Below, piece by piece: positions 1-10,243 of a stretch of 64,000 nucleotides of DNA (its first letter is position 1; each line of letters starts with the position of its first letter). Origin of the DNA: Clostridiales bacterium (lineage in GTDB: Bacteria > Bacillota > Clostridia > Acetivibrionales > RGIG10202); the NCBI GenBank assembly GCA_017961515.1, contig JAGCXC010000082.1, positions 7,092 through 71,091 on the forward strand, written 5' to 3'. A program made the position numbers and the translations under genes. Below the pieces are notes generated by a model. That model did not search any database, was not told the DNA's origin, and was given only the letters and a program-made list of their open reading frames with translations.

Positions 1-2
1 CG

Positions 3-1043
3 GCTCTTAGTTGTTTAATGTTATTGGTTTTTGCTAATAAAGACAGAGGATCTTTTGAGTTTAACTGGATAAAGCTTTTTGAGAGTGCGTTTTTGGCGTT
101 TATGTATTCTATCGCTGCTGTATTTGCAGTAGAGCTTTTGGTACTTGCAGTAGATGGATTGATAGGATTTAAGGCAGGGAAGCTGTACTTGGATATATTT
201 TGGGTAGGTACGACATTGGTTAGTGGTTTTATATTTCTTGCTAAAATACCAAAGATTGGAGATCAGTTAGAATGTCCTCTTTTCATAAAAAATATATTTA
301 GGTATATAGTTATTCCATTTGTAAGTATTGCAATAGTCATTGCATATGTGTACCTTATAAAGTTTTATGTAAAAATAGATTTGAGTGAATTAAAAATTCT
401 AGCTATTTCGTTACCACTTACTTTTATGGTTGTATTCACATGTTTCTTTGCAAAAATATTTGAGAGTAGAGGCATGGAGATATTAAAAAAAGTTATGTTG
501 TTGCTATTGATACCAATAGTGTGTCTAGGAGTGGGTGCTGATATTATGGAAATAAAAAAAGAAGCACTAACTATTGAGAATATTTTAATAGCGAAGACAT
601 ACCTAGTGTTGATTGTATTTATGGTGTTGATTTTGATCAAGAAGTCTAAGTATCAACATTTGGGATTATTATTTGCAGCGGTATTGATGTTAATAAGTAC
701 AGTAGGTCCTTTGAAGATGCAAAATTTAGTTTTGAAAAGTCAGGAAAAGAGAGTTATATCTGTATTGACAAGAAATAATATGTTAAAAGATAATAAGTTT
801 GTTGGAGTTGAGAATATATCCCAAGAAGATTATGAAGAGATAAGAAAAGCAATGAATGAGCTTAGAGAGTATAAGTTAGCTGGACCAGAGTTTTTTGAAA
901 GTGTGGGAATGAGTGAAAAGGACTTTAGTGAACCATGGGAGAACTGGAAGATAGAAAGAAAATTCGAAAAGGAAGCTAAGAAAGAGGCATCAGATGAGTC
1001 AGCAGATATTAGTGAAAAAAACAAGAGAGATCAAGAAGTATAA
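3..1043 (+). CDS. Polytopic membrane protein with a charged C-terminal tail; 5' end cut by the window edge (possibly DUF4153-like)
   Basis: The frame is open from nt 3 back to the window edge. There are several hydrophobic helices followed by a Glu/Lys-rich tail. The family assignment is from memory only. Confidence 0.5.
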   Translation, partial: ALSCLMLLVFANKDRGSFEFNWIKLFESAFLAFMYSIAAVFAVELLVLAVDGLIGFKAGKLYLDIFWVGTTLVSGFIFLAKIPKIGDQLECPLFIKNIFRYIVIPFVSIAIVIAYVYLIKFYVKIDLSELKILAISLPLTFMVVFTCFFAKIFESRGMEILKKVMLLLLIPIVCLGVGADIMEIKKEALTIENILIAKTYLVLIVFMVLILIKKSKYQHLGLLFAAVLMLISTVGPLKMQNLVLKSQEKRVISVLTRNNMLKDNKFVGVENISQEDYEEIRKAMNELREYKLAGPEFFESVGMSEKDFSEPWENWKIERKFEKEAKKEASDESADISEKNKRDQEV

Positions 1044-1075
1044 GGTTTTAAGGAAAAGAGGTAGCAAAGCAAGGA

Positions 1076-1711
1076 ATGAAAGGGCTTATTATTTGTGGCG
1101 GTAGAATAAAAGATAAGGAATTTTTGAGAAATTATACAAAAGATGTAGATTTTGTTATATGTGCTGACAGAGGAGGATTATATGCAAAAGATATGGACAT
1201 TATGCCTGATTTGTTGTTAGGTGATATGGATTCTATACCAGGCTGTATCCTAGAGGAGTACAAAAATAAAAAAGTAGACATGACTTTGTATCCGTCTGAA
1301 AAGGACATGACAGATTCAGAGATAGCTATATTGCGAGCTGTAGAAATGGGAGCAGATGAGCTTATTATAATGGGAGCTTTGGGTAGCAGGTTAGATCATT
1401 CGTTAGCGAATATATGCATGTTAAAGAAATTGGTGGATATGCATATTAAGGCGACGATTGTTGACGAGAATAATGAGATAACATTGATAGATAATGAGCT
1501 AGAGCTAAAAAAAGATGATGAGTATATGCTAAGTCTTTTGCCGCTAACTCCAAAAGTAACTGGTGTTACGCTAAAAGGACTTAAGTATACTCTAGAGGAT
1601 GGAACGCTAGAGATGGGGACTAGTCTTGGTGTATCTAATGAATTTGAAGATGATGTAGCCAAGATAACGATAAAAGACGGACTGTTGTTGGTGATAAAAT
1701 CGAAGGACTAG
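1076..1711 (+). CDS. thiN: Thiamine pyrophosphokinase
   Basis: 211 aa with N-terminal IICGG, ADRGG, LGDMDS and GALGSRLDHSLANI motifs typical of TPK. Confidence 0.8.
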   Translation: MKGLIICGGRIKDKEFLRNYTKDVDFVICADRGGLYAKDMDIMPDLLLGDMDSIPGCILEEYKNKKVDMTLYPSEKDMTDSEIAILRAVEMGADELIIMGALGSRLDHSLANICMLKKLVDMHIKATIVDENNEITLIDNELELKKDDEYMLSLLPLTPKVTGVTLKGLKYTLEDGTLEMGTSLGVSNEFEDDVAKITIKDGLLLVIKSKD

Positions 1712-1739
1712 AGCATAGGTTAAGAAAGGTAGATATCAG

Positions 1740-2750
1740 ATGAGTTCAAATATACTAAAGCAAGAGCTTAAAAATAGAGTTGTTAGGAATGTGTATTTGC
1801 TGTACGGAGAAGAAGATTATCTTAAGAAGTTTTATGCTAAAAAGATTGAAGAAATTGTTTTAGAAAAAGATTTCGGTGACATTAACAGGTTTGTAATTGA
1901 AGAGCCAAAAGATGTCTCTAAAATTGAAGACTTATGTGAGACTCTACCTTGTTTTGCAGATAAGAAATTTATCCTTGTTAGGAATAGTTCGTTTTTTAAA
2001 TCGACCAAAAAGGAAGCAAAGTTGAAAAAGGAAAAATTAGAAAAATTAATAGAGATTCTGCCAGAATATGTGTGTTTAGTATTTGTTGAGATAGAGATAG
2101 ATAAAAGACTTAAAGCAGTGAAGGCAATAGAAAAAAAAGGATTGACAGTAGAGTTTGGAATACAGGGAGATACAGTTTTGTTAAAATGGGTAGAGAAAGA
2201 AATGAAAAAATATGGCAAAATTGTACATCCTAGTGTGGCTATAAAGATTATACAATATTGTGATTCTTGTATGGAACAAATATGTACCGAGATGGAAAAG
2301 CTCAGGCTTTATGTGGATGATAGAGAAGAGATAACAGATCTAGACGTAGAAAATGTTTGTATAAAATCAGTTAATGTGCGCATTTTTGATTTGATAGATA
2401 ATATATCACTTGGAAGATCAGATTTGGCATTGAAAAATTTTAGAGATATGTTAATATTAAAAGAGCCGGTTCCTAAAATAATGTATATGATTATACGACA
2501 TGTGGTAAAGTTGTTGGATATGAAAATGTTATTTGAGGAGGGTTTAGGAGTAAAAGATTGCGTGTCAATAATGAAGATTGCTCCGTATGCAGCAAATAAA
2601 ATGGCTGGTCAAATAAAAAATTTTGATGTAAGAACTTTAAAGAGAGCCTTAAAAGGAATGCTCGAATTGGATCAAAAAATAAAAATAGGAGAGATCAAGG
2701 ATGTTTTAGCTGTAGAAGTAGCAATAGTTAAATTGTGTAGTTTAGTATAA
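1740..2750 (+). CDS. holA: DNA polymerase III delta subunit
   Basis: 336 aa with an N-terminal YLLYGEEDYL motif; length and layout fit HolA. Confidence 0.8.
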   Translation: MSSNILKQELKNRVVRNVYLLYGEEDYLKKFYAKKIEEIVLEKDFGDINRFVIEEPKDVSKIEDLCETLPCFADKKFILVRNSSFFKSTKKEAKLKKEKLEKLIEILPEYVCLVFVEIEIDKRLKAVKAIEKKGLTVEFGIQGDTVLLKWVEKEMKKYGKIVHPSVAIKIIQYCDSCMEQICTEMEKLRLYVDDREEITDLDVENVCIKSVNVRIFDLIDNISLGRSDLALKNFRDMLILKEPVPKIMYMIIRHVVKLLDMKMLFEEGLGVKDCVSIMKIAPYAANKMAGQIKNFDVRTLKRALKGMLELDQKIKIGEIKDVLAVEVAIVKLCSLV

Positions 2751-2839
2751 TTGCCATTGATAAATGTGTTTACAATGCAAACTAAATTAACTAAAATACA
2801 AAATGGTTTATGTAAACAAATGGGGGGAATATTTGCTAT

Positions 2840-3145
2840 ATGTCAAGATTAGTGGCGAGGCCTAAATCTATAACTTCTGCAAGAATACGTGTAGTTGAAA
2901 CGACAAAATTAAAAAGAGATGTTGAGAAATTTTGGAATATTGTAACAAAAGGCAGAGTGGCAAGGAGTTTGCAAAATAGTCAATATATCAAAGTCTCGTT
3001 AAGAAGCGGATTAATACTTGTACTAAAAAGAAAAGGTACGAATGGGAAAGGTACAATAGACATAAGTGTGAGTACCAAAAAAGTCATGCAAGGAACTAGA
3101 TTAAAGGACCAAAGAATTCATTTTGTTGAAGCATTGGAGGAATAG
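2840..3145 (+). CDS. Hypothetical basic protein (101 aa)
   Basis: Only long ORF in this gap. Its stop is 4 nt before the next start, suggesting coupling. No recognisable motif, and the G-rich SD-like run is about 12 nt from the ATG. Confidence 0.35.
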   Translation: MSRLVARPKSITSARIRVVETTKLKRDVEKFWNIVTKGRVARSLQNSQYIKVSLRSGLILVLKRKGTNGKGTIDISVSTKKVMQGTRLKDQRIHFVEALEE

Positions 3146-3148
3146 TTC

Positions 3149-3829
3149 ATGGTTACGGTGGGTTTTACAAATGTCATGATGTATCAATTAAAGGAATTGA
3201 AGGGAAAGGAACTAAAATCTATAAGTTGTGTGGATGATGAAATAAAAAAACGTAAATTTCCAAGATCAGCATATGGAAATTTGTTTTTGTGTGTAGATGA
3301 TATGTACATGGAAATAGGAAATTTATTTAGAAGTATGAATTACTTCGGAAATGAAGAGGATATATCGACGTTGTTTTGTGAATTGAAGCTAAGACAAAGT
3401 GAATGTCAGCATTACATGTATACAGAGATTGCGAAAGAGTACGTTATAGATGATATAATAGAGAACATTATTGTAATAAGGGATAAAATATCTTTGTATC
3501 AGAAAGAGTACGGTGTGAAGGTTGTCTCGGATAATTATGAATTAAGAAAAGAAAAGGGAGAAAAAGAGATACCAAATGTAAAAGATTTGGGTGGTATAGA
3601 ATTAGGTCATTATACATATAATATAGTATTAGATCAAGCATTAGTAATAAAATGCGCCAATAACACATATATTTTTGAGAGAGGTTCGTTGTTTACAGAA
3701 GAAATATTAATACGAGTAAATAAGAATTATATGGTAGAAATAGATTCTGTAGAGGACGTAAAGAAGTATTGGAGAGAAGGGAATGAAGGGTTAAGGATAG
3801 ATGTAGAAAGAGAAAAAATACAAATTTAG
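3149..3829 (+). CDS. Hypothetical protein (226 aa)
   Basis: GGAGG lies about 10 nt upstream of the ATG. Composition looks coding, but I recognise no family. Confidence 0.5.
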   Translation: MVTVGFTNVMMYQLKELKGKELKSISCVDDEIKKRKFPRSAYGNLFLCVDDMYMEIGNLFRSMNYFGNEEDISTLFCELKLRQSECQHYMYTEIAKEYVIDDIIENIIVIRDKISLYQKEYGVKVVSDNYELRKEKGEKEIPNVKDLGGIELGHYTYNIVLDQALVIKCANNTYIFERGSLFTEEILIRVNKNYMVEIDSVEDVKKYWREGNEGLRIDVEREKIQI

Positions 3830-3935
3830 AAAAATTTTTAAGAAAATTATTAATATAAAGTATAATTTTCCCGATATTGTAAGCGGTGTAAAATGATACA
3901 CTTTTATATATTTTATAGAAAGGGGAGGATGTGGA

Positions 3936-4181
3936 ATGAAGTCCACTGGTATAGTCAGAAAATTAGATGAATTGGGAAGATTGGTTATACCAAAAGAATT
4001 GAGGAAGACTCTTTCTATAGACGTGAGAGATCCCTTGGAAATATACGTAGATGGAGAAACTATAATATTAAAAAAATATGCTCCAGCATGTATATTCTGC
4101 AATGAAGCTAAAGATATAGTTAACTACAAGGGAAAGAATATTTGCATAAATTGTAGAAAGAATCTAGCTGGTCAGGCATAA
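3936..4181 (+). CDS. abrB: AbrB/SpoVT-type transition-state regulator with a C-terminal CxxC...CxxC tail
   Basis: N-terminus MKSTGIVRKLDELGRLVIPKELRKTL...EIYVDGETIILKKY is near-identical to the AbrB swapped-hairpin domain. The tail reads CIFC(x15)CINC. A GGGGAGG SD precedes it. Confidence 0.85.
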   Translation: MKSTGIVRKLDELGRLVIPKELRKTLSIDVRDPLEIYVDGETIILKKYAPACIFCNEAKDIVNYKGKNICINCRKNLAGQA

Positions 4182-4203
4182 TACAAATCGACACAGTTTT
4201 TAG

Positions 4204-4235
4204 AAGGTACCTATATTTTGTGTAGGTGCCTTTTT
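4204..4235 (+). terminator. Intrinsic terminator after abrB
   Basis: Stem aaggtaccta / taggtgcctt (one mismatch) followed by TTTTT. Confidence 0.6.
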
Positions 4236-4261
4236 GACATAATTTTTTTTGATTGTATATA

Positions 4262-4290
4262 TTGACAATAATAGGCAATTGGGGTATTAT
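4262..4290 (+). promoter_or_regulatory. Sigma-A type promoter upstream of recA
   Basis: TTGACA, 17 nt spacer, TATTAT. Confidence 0.55.
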
Positions 4291-4332
4291 AGCATAGAGG
4301 TATTATATAAGATTAATTCGGAGGTTTTTATT

Positions 4333-5364
4333 ATGATAGAAAAACAGAAGGCACTAGAGATGGCACTGGGACAAATAGAAAAACAATTTGGAAAAGGGGC
4401 CATAATGAAGCTTGGCGAAAATACACATATGAATGTTGAATCTATATCAACAGGTGCATTGGGTTTAGACATGGCTTTGGGTGTTGGAGGAGTGCCAAGA
4501 GGGAGAATAGTAGAGATATATGGGCCAGAGTCATCAGGAAAAACAACTGTTGCATTACATGTCATAGCGGAAGCTCAGAAAAATGGGGGAGTTGCTGCAT
4601 TTATAGATGCAGAGCACGCGTTGGATCCGGTGTATGCAAAGAAACTTGGCGTAGACATAGATAATTTATTGGTATCGCAACCAGATACAGGGGAGCAAGC
4701 ATTGGAAATAGCAGAATCATTGGCAAGAAGTGGAGCGTTAGATGTAATTGTAGTGGACTCAGTTGCAGCGCTAGTACCAAAAGCAGAGATAGATGGAGAA
4801 ATGGGAGATTCTCATATAGGTTTGCAAGCGAGACTTATGTCGCAGGCGCTAAGAAAATTAGCTGGCGTTATAAATAAGTCTAGAACAACAGCGATATTTA
4901 TAAATCAGTTAAGAGAAAAGGTAGGGATAATGTTTGGAAATCCGGAGACTACACCAGGAGGAAGGGCATTAAAATTTTATGCTACAGTTAGAATGGACGT
5001 AAGAAGGATAGAATCAATAAAAAATGGTACGGATTTTGTAGGAAATAGAACGCGAGTGAAAGTTGTAAAGAATAAAGTCGCACCACCATTTAAGGAAGCT
5101 GAGTTTGATATAATATATGGAGAAGGGATTTCAAAAGAAGGAAGTATACTTGACGTTGCAGTAGATTTAGATATAGTGAATAAAAGTGGATCGTGGTTTT
5201 CATATAATGGACAAAGGTTGGCACAAGGAAGAGAAAACGTTAAAAAGTGCCTTAAGGATAATAAAGAGTTGTATAGTGAAATAGAGAAAAAGGTAAGGGA
5301 GCATTTTGCAAATCTTGGGGGAGTTGCTCAGGTTGATGAAGAGGAAGAGACTCTTAAAAATTAA
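4333..5364 (+). CDS. recA: Recombinase RecA
   Basis: Starts [28 protein letters not shown] and has Walker [15 protein letters not shown] lies 9 nt upstream of the ATG at 4333. The ORF-track start at 4249 has no RBS. Confidence 0.95.
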   Translation: MIEKQKALEMALGQIEKQFGKGAIMKLGENTHMNVESISTGALGLDMALGVGGVPRGRIVEIYGPESSGKTTVALHVIAEAQKNGGVAAFIDAEHALDPVYAKKLGVDIDNLLVSQPDTGEQALEIAESLARSGALDVIVVDSVAALVPKAEIDGEMGDSHIGLQARLMSQALRKLAGVINKSRTTAIFINQLREKVGIMFGNPETTPGGRALKFYATVRMDVRRIESIKNGTDFVGNRTRVKVVKNKVAPPFKEAEFDIIYGEGISKEGSILDVAVDLDIVNKSGSWFSYNGQRLAQGRENVKKCLKDNKELYSEIEKKVREHFANLGGVAQVDEEEETLKN

Positions 5365-5385
5365 GGGAAATAATAGGTAATTTTT

Positions 5386-5414
5386 GAGGCTTATAATTTG
5401 AGCCTCATTTTTTT
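5386..5414 (+). terminator. Intrinsic terminator after recA
   Basis: Stem gaggct / agcctc followed by a T7 run. Confidence 0.7.
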
Positions 5415-5498
5415 GTGAGAAAATAGCAACTAAAAGTATAATAAAAGAAGGTATTTGTTACGATACATAGAAATAAAACTCTGTTTAGAGGGGGGCGG

Positions 5499-7082
5499 TT
5501 GGTTGTGATAAAAAAAAGATCTGAATCATTTGGTGGTTTCTCAAATAGAAAATTAAGTATAGGGAAAAAATGGGCTAGTGAGAGAGATTTAAGTAAATTA
5601 GACGAAGCTGACAATATATATGTTTTAAGAGAACAGGTTCTAGAACAAAGAAAAGTATTGGAAAAGAAAATCCATAATGTGCCAGAACAATTAGAACAAT
5701 TAGAACAATTGAAGAGTTTTATGCAGGAGAAGAAAGATGTTAGTGAGAGTATAAAGAGAGGAGAAATATCAAAAAATATTAAAGAAAAACAAGCAAATCA
5801 AAATATGAAGATAAAAAATATGCTTTCTACAATTATTAATCAAAATGGTACAAGATTTACAAAATCGGAATTAAAAATAATTTCTAATATAAAGAAGGCA
5901 AAAAATTTAGAGTATAAAATGGAATTGTTAAATACATTAATTGCGAAAAAACAAGAAGAAAAAGAATATACAACAGATTATTTAAATCAGTATGAAAATC
6001 TTTATAAAGACATAGATGAAGGAATTAAAAAGCAAGTAAAAGGAGTAGAAATTGATAAAGAATTATTTAAAAATAGATTCCATGTAATACAACAATGTGA
6101 AGAAAAGTTTAAAGATATATCAAAAGATAAAAAAGAATTTAAAGAAATATGCGAAAAAGGTAGAATTAGAGGATTGGAAAGTAATTTATATAATCATGGT
6201 ATAGTTGGGCTTAGAGAAAATAATTTTACAAAACTTTATGAAAATATAAAAGGGTCAAAAAATAAATATTTAAGTGTGATGATGAATATTGTTAAGTATG
6301 GAAAGAAAAAAGAAGAGAAATTTGATGATTACTTGCATAAAAATAAAAATAAAATAATAGAAGAGATAGAAAATGGTGTAGCACAGTTTAATGAAAAAAA
6401 GGAATCTAATAAAAAATTCTGGTCTGCAGAAAAAATTAAAGATGTTGAAAAGGCTATTAAAGAACTAAATAGCAAATTAAATGACATAAAATCTAAAAAT
6501 AAAACAGATAAAGAGTATCAACTAGAACAATTAAAAGAACTTATAAAAGATACATACAAAACAATGGATACAGTACAAGTAGAAATATATAATAATAAAA
6601 ACTTTAAAAAATTGCAAAAGATAGATAAAATGCAAAATGATCTAGATTTTGTGCATACTTCTTTGTGTGATGTTGTATCAGATGTAGAGAGAATGATAAA
6701 AGATGAAGAAAAAACTATTAATATGAAAATATATTATGAAGGTGTACTACAAAAAAATAATTTTAGTAAAGCTTTAAAACCAACAGATAAAGCCAAGAAT
6801 AATGATTTTATGTATAAAGATGAAAAAGTAATACGTGATGCAGAAAAAATAAAAAATGAGATTATTAATATGCGTAAATCAAAAGAAAAGAAAAGTATAA
6901 GAGATAAATTTAAAGAAGCATCAATTCTTGTAAAAAGATTGAATGATAAGGGATCTAGGGGACTAGATATAAATATATTAACAGTAAATAATAAAAAACA
7001 AGAAATTAGGAAAATTATTAATAAAGATATAAAGAGAGCTGACAAAAGAAGAAAAGAAATGGGTAGGCAGATGGATCGTTAA
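5499..7082 (+). CDS. Lys/Glu/Asn-rich predicted coiled-coil protein of unknown function (527 aa)
   Basis: Long ORF with a G-rich SD (agagggggg) just upstream. Start may be TTG 5499 or GTG 5505. Low-complexity charged sequence with no enzymatic motif. Confidence 0.6.
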   Translation: MVVIKKRSESFGGFSNRKLSIGKKWASERDLSKLDEADNIYVLREQVLEQRKVLEKKIHNVPEQLEQLEQLKSFMQEKKDVSESIKRGEISKNIKEKQANQNMKIKNMLSTIINQNGTRFTKSELKIISNIKKAKNLEYKMELLNTLIAKKQEEKEYTTDYLNQYENLYKDIDEGIKKQVKGVEIDKELFKNRFHVIQQCEEKFKDISKDKKEFKEICEKGRIRGLESNLYNHGIVGLRENNFTKLYENIKGSKNKYLSVMMNIVKYGKKKEEKFDDYLHKNKNKIIEEIENGVAQFNEKKESNKKFWSAEKIKDVEKAIKELNSKLNDIKSKNKTDKEYQLEQLKELIKDTYKTMDTVQVEIYNNKNFKKLQKIDKMQNDLDFVHTSLCDVVSDVERMIKDEEKTINMKIYYEGVLQKNNFSKALKPTDKAKNNDFMYKDEKVIRDAEKIKNEIINMRKSKEKKSIRDKFKEASILVKRLNDKGSRGLDINILTVNNKKQEIRKIINKDIKRADKRRKEMGRQMDR

Positions 7083-7147
7083 AGTTTAGAATAATAGAAA
7101 GCAATTAAACAAACAATATTATAAAAAAGTAAGCGAAACTTGAGGGG

Positions 7148-9751
7148 ATGAGTATTATGGATGATGTTTATTTAACAATAGAGGAAGTTTTAAATAAATA
7201 TAACACAAACAGAAAAACAGGGTTATCTATTGAACAAGTCCATAATGCAAGTTCCCTTTATGGTGCCAATAAACTAAAAGATAAGAAGCAAAAGCCGTTG
7301 ATAACTAGGTTTATTGATCAGTTTAAAGATATAATGATAATAATTTTATTAATTGCGTCAGCTGTGTCATTTGGTGTGGCAATTATGGAAAAGGATCAAA
7401 GCGAATTGGTAGAACCAATATTAATAGTAGCTATAGTTATAGCTAATGCTATACTAGGTGTGATCCAAGAGGGTAAAGCTGAGCGATCACTTGAGGCGTT
7501 AAAAAAGATGTCAGCATTAAATGCACGAGTAATAAGAGAGGGGCAGGAGTGTATTATACCAAGTGTAGATGTGGTGGTGGGTGACGTAATAAAATTGGAA
7601 GCAGGGGATTTTATTCCAGCTGATGCACGTCTTATAGAGAGTGTAAATTTAAAGTGTGAAGAATCAATATTAACGGGAGAATCCTTACCCAGCGAGAAGG
7701 ATGCGGGATGTGAAGTCCCAGTAGATGCATCGCTAGGGGACAGGAAAAATATGATTTTTTCTGGATGTAGTGTTGTGTCAGGTACGGCGTTGGCAGTTGT
7801 TGTTGCAACGGGAATGAAGACCCAGGTTGGAGATATTGCAAATCTATTGGATAGAGAAGAAGATCAAAAAACGCCACTTCAAGAGAAAATAGCAAGCCTT
7901 AGTAAATATCTAGGGCTGGTTTCTATTTTGGCATGTGTGGTCGTATTTATTATAGGTATGATTAATGGTATGAGATTAAAGGATATTTTTATGGTGTCAA
8001 TAGCACTTGCGGTTTCAGCTATTCCAGAAGGCTTGCCGGCTATCATAACTATAGTTTTGGCGATGGGTGTAACAAAGATGGCAAAGAAAAATGCAATTAT
8101 ACGAAAATTGCCTGCAGTTGAGATATTGGGTAGTGCATCGGTGATTTGTTCAGATAAGACAGGGACCCTTACACAAAATAGAATGACCTTGGTTGAGATA
8201 TATACACCAGGATCAGGAGAAATTGAGAAAGTGAGTGACAATAATTCAAATGATGCAAAAAAATTGTTAGAGTACGCGACAATGTGTTGCGATGGAGTCA
8301 TAACAGTAGAAGATGGTTTAGAACATCACATTGGGGATCCAACTGAAACGGCCATAATAAAAGCTTGTATGATAAATGGAATATTAAAGGAGGAGATAAA
8401 TGAAAAAAGCCCAAGAGTCGCAAGTATTCCATTTGATTCTGATAGGAAATTGATGACTAGCGTTAATATAATAGACGGGAAAAAAGTTGTTATAGTAAAA
8501 GGTGCGTTTGATGAGATGAAAAGTAGGTGTGTCAATCAAGATTTGGCAGCTGCAAAAGAGCATAATGATGAGATGAGTAGTAGGGCGCTTAGGGTAATAG
8601 CAGTAGCATACAAATATACAGATAATGTGTCGGCAGAGGATTTAGAGGATGGACTTATATTTCTAGGCCTATTGGGCATGATTGATCCACCAAGAGATGA
8701 AGCTAGGGAGGCAGTGGCTTTATGTAAAAGGGCGAAGATACGTCCAGTTATGATAACGGGAGATCATATAATTACTGCAAAGGCGATAGCAAAAGATATT
8801 GGTATAATGGATGACGGTGATTTGGCTATTACAGGACGAGAGCTAGATAAAATGGATGAAGATGAGTTTTTGGATGCTGTAGACAACATATCAGTGTATG
8901 CTAGGGTATCTCCGCAAAATAAAATAAGGATAGTGAATGCATGGCAAAAGCGAAATCATGTGGTTGCGATGACAGGGGATGGAGTAAATGATGCACCAGC
9001 ATTAAAAGCTGCTGACATAGGATGTGCTATGGGTATTACAGGAACTGATGTAGCGAAAAATGCATCTGATATGATATTAACAGACGATAATTTTGCTACA
9101 ATAGTTCAGGCGGTATCTGAAGGAAGATTGATATATAAAAACATAAAAAAAGTTATAGAGTATCTTGTAGGAAGTAATATAGGAGAGCTTCTAACAGTGT
9201 TTATTGCTATGGTATTGTGGGGATTGAGTCCATTGGAATCTATGCAGCTTTTGTGGATAAATTTGATAACAGATGGATTTCCGGCAATAGCGCTAGGTAT
9301 GTCAAAAGGATCGGATGATATAATGCTTAAAGGGCCTAATAGTAAGGATGAAAATCTCTTTTATGGAGAACTAGGAAAAAGGGTTTTATTAGAGGGTATG
9401 ATAATAGGAACAGTGACAACTATAGCTTTTTATATTGGCAGTAGATTTGGAGTAGTAGGGGGAAGAACATTTGCATTTATAGTCTTGTCGTTAACTCAAG
9501 TAATAAATGTGTTTAATATAAAAACTGATAAATCAATATTAAAAGAAGATGTTTTTGATAATAGTTATTTAAATTGGGCATGTCTTAGTTCATTGGCTTT
9601 AATGTGTGTTGTGTTATTTACACCACTGGGTAAGATATTTGGTTTATGTAAATTACAGAGCACGTATTATATTGTAGCTATATTGCTTTCTTTATTTCCA
9701 ACAGTGCTATTTGAGATATTGAAAATTAGGAATCAGAAAAGAGAGGATTAG
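7148..9751 (+). CDS. P-type (P2) cation-transporting ATPase, Ca2+-ATPase-like
   Basis: Contains CSDKTGTLT (phosphorylation site), TGES, TGDHIITA and TGDGVNDAPAL motifs plus about 10 TM segments. Confidence 0.9.
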   Translation: MSIMDDVYLTIEEVLNKYNTNRKTGLSIEQVHNASSLYGANKLKDKKQKPLITRFIDQFKDIMIIILLIASAVSFGVAIMEKDQSELVEPILIVAIVIANAILGVIQEGKAERSLEALKKMSALNARVIREGQECIIPSVDVVVGDVIKLEAGDFIPADARLIESVNLKCEESILTGESLPSEKDAGCEVPVDASLGDRKNMIFSGCSVVSGTALAVVVATGMKTQVGDIANLLDREEDQKTPLQEKIASLSKYLGLVSILACVVVFIIGMINGMRLKDIFMVSIALAVSAIPEGLPAIITIVLAMGVTKMAKKNAIIRKLPAVEILGSASVICSDKTGTLTQNRMTLVEIYTPGSGEIEKVSDNNSNDAKKLLEYATMCCDGVITVEDGLEHHIGDPTETAIIKACMINGILKEEINEKSPRVASIPFDSDRKLMTSVNIIDGKKVVIVKGAFDEMKSRCVNQDLAAAKEHNDEMSSRALRVIAVAYKYTDNVSAEDLEDGLIFLGLLGMIDPPRDEAREAVALCKRAKIRPVMITGDHIITAKAIAKDIGIMDDGDLAITGRELDKMDEDEFLDAVDNISVYARVSPQNKIRIVNAWQKRNHVVAMTGDGVNDAPALKAADIGCAMGITGTDVAKNASDMILTDDNFATIVQAVSEGRLIYKNIKKVIEYLVGSNIGELLTVFIAMVLWGLSPLESMQLLWINLITDGFPAIALGMSKGSDDIMLKGPNSKDENLFYGELGKRVLLEGMIIGTVTTIAFYIGSRFGVVGGRTFAFIVLSLTQVINVFNIKTDKSILKEDVFDNSYLNWACLSSLALMCVVLFTPLGKIFGLCKLQSTYYIVAILLSLFPTVLFEILKIRNQKRED

Positions 9752-9861
9752 GTATAAGACATTTAAAAAGATATATCCGGATTAAAAATATAGAAAATGA
9801 TTTTGTAAGGAAAATGGATTTAGAGAGTTATGTTAAAAATTCAAAATATAATCAAAATAGA

Positions 9862-10243
9862 TTGACTGCTCCCAAGGATTAAAATCATGGGATTCACACT
9901 CGCTTGCCACTTGGTGACTGAACAATCCATTTCTGGTAGTTCGTACGGTGTGGTATGGGTGCGCCATCACCCATCATAGGGCAGAACATATAGTTCCCTA
10001 TGCAGTATGTCTGTTACCAACATACTCAGTTGATCTACATATATTCATTGCTCCAAGCAAGTCCCTATGTGTGTGAAATCCGCATTCACACACATAGCTT
10101 CTATCATTTGCGTGATGCACACTCCCACAAATTGGACACTTCTGGCTCGTATAAGCAGGATTTACATATTCAACCGATATCCCTACACGTTTTGCTTTGT
10201 ATTCTATAAATTGCATTAGCCTATAGAATGACCAATTTTAAAT
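9862..10243 (-). mobile_element. Remnant of an IS200/IS605-family element: tnpB 3' fragment plus right end with subterminal hairpin, ending in TCAA
   Basis: The TnpB C-terminal homology stops at an in-frame TAA near 10243. Downstream on the minus strand are hairpins atgggtg/cacccat and tccca...tggga (9870-9892), and the terminus TCAA (rc TTGA at 9862-9865). No left end and no tnpA are present. Confidence 0.7.
9998..10243 (-). pseudogene. tnpB: TnpB (IS605 OrfB-type) C-terminal fragment of about 80 codons
   Basis: Translation is NWSFYRLMQFIEYKAKRVGISVEYVNPAYTSQKCPICG...CECGFHTHRDLLGAMNI. This is the zinc-ribbon plus last RuvC motif of TnpB. About 300 N-terminal codons are missing. Confidence 0.8.

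Noticed and set aside
10000-10209. 69-aa + strand ORF
   Set aside because: It is antisense to the TnpB fragment and has no RBS.
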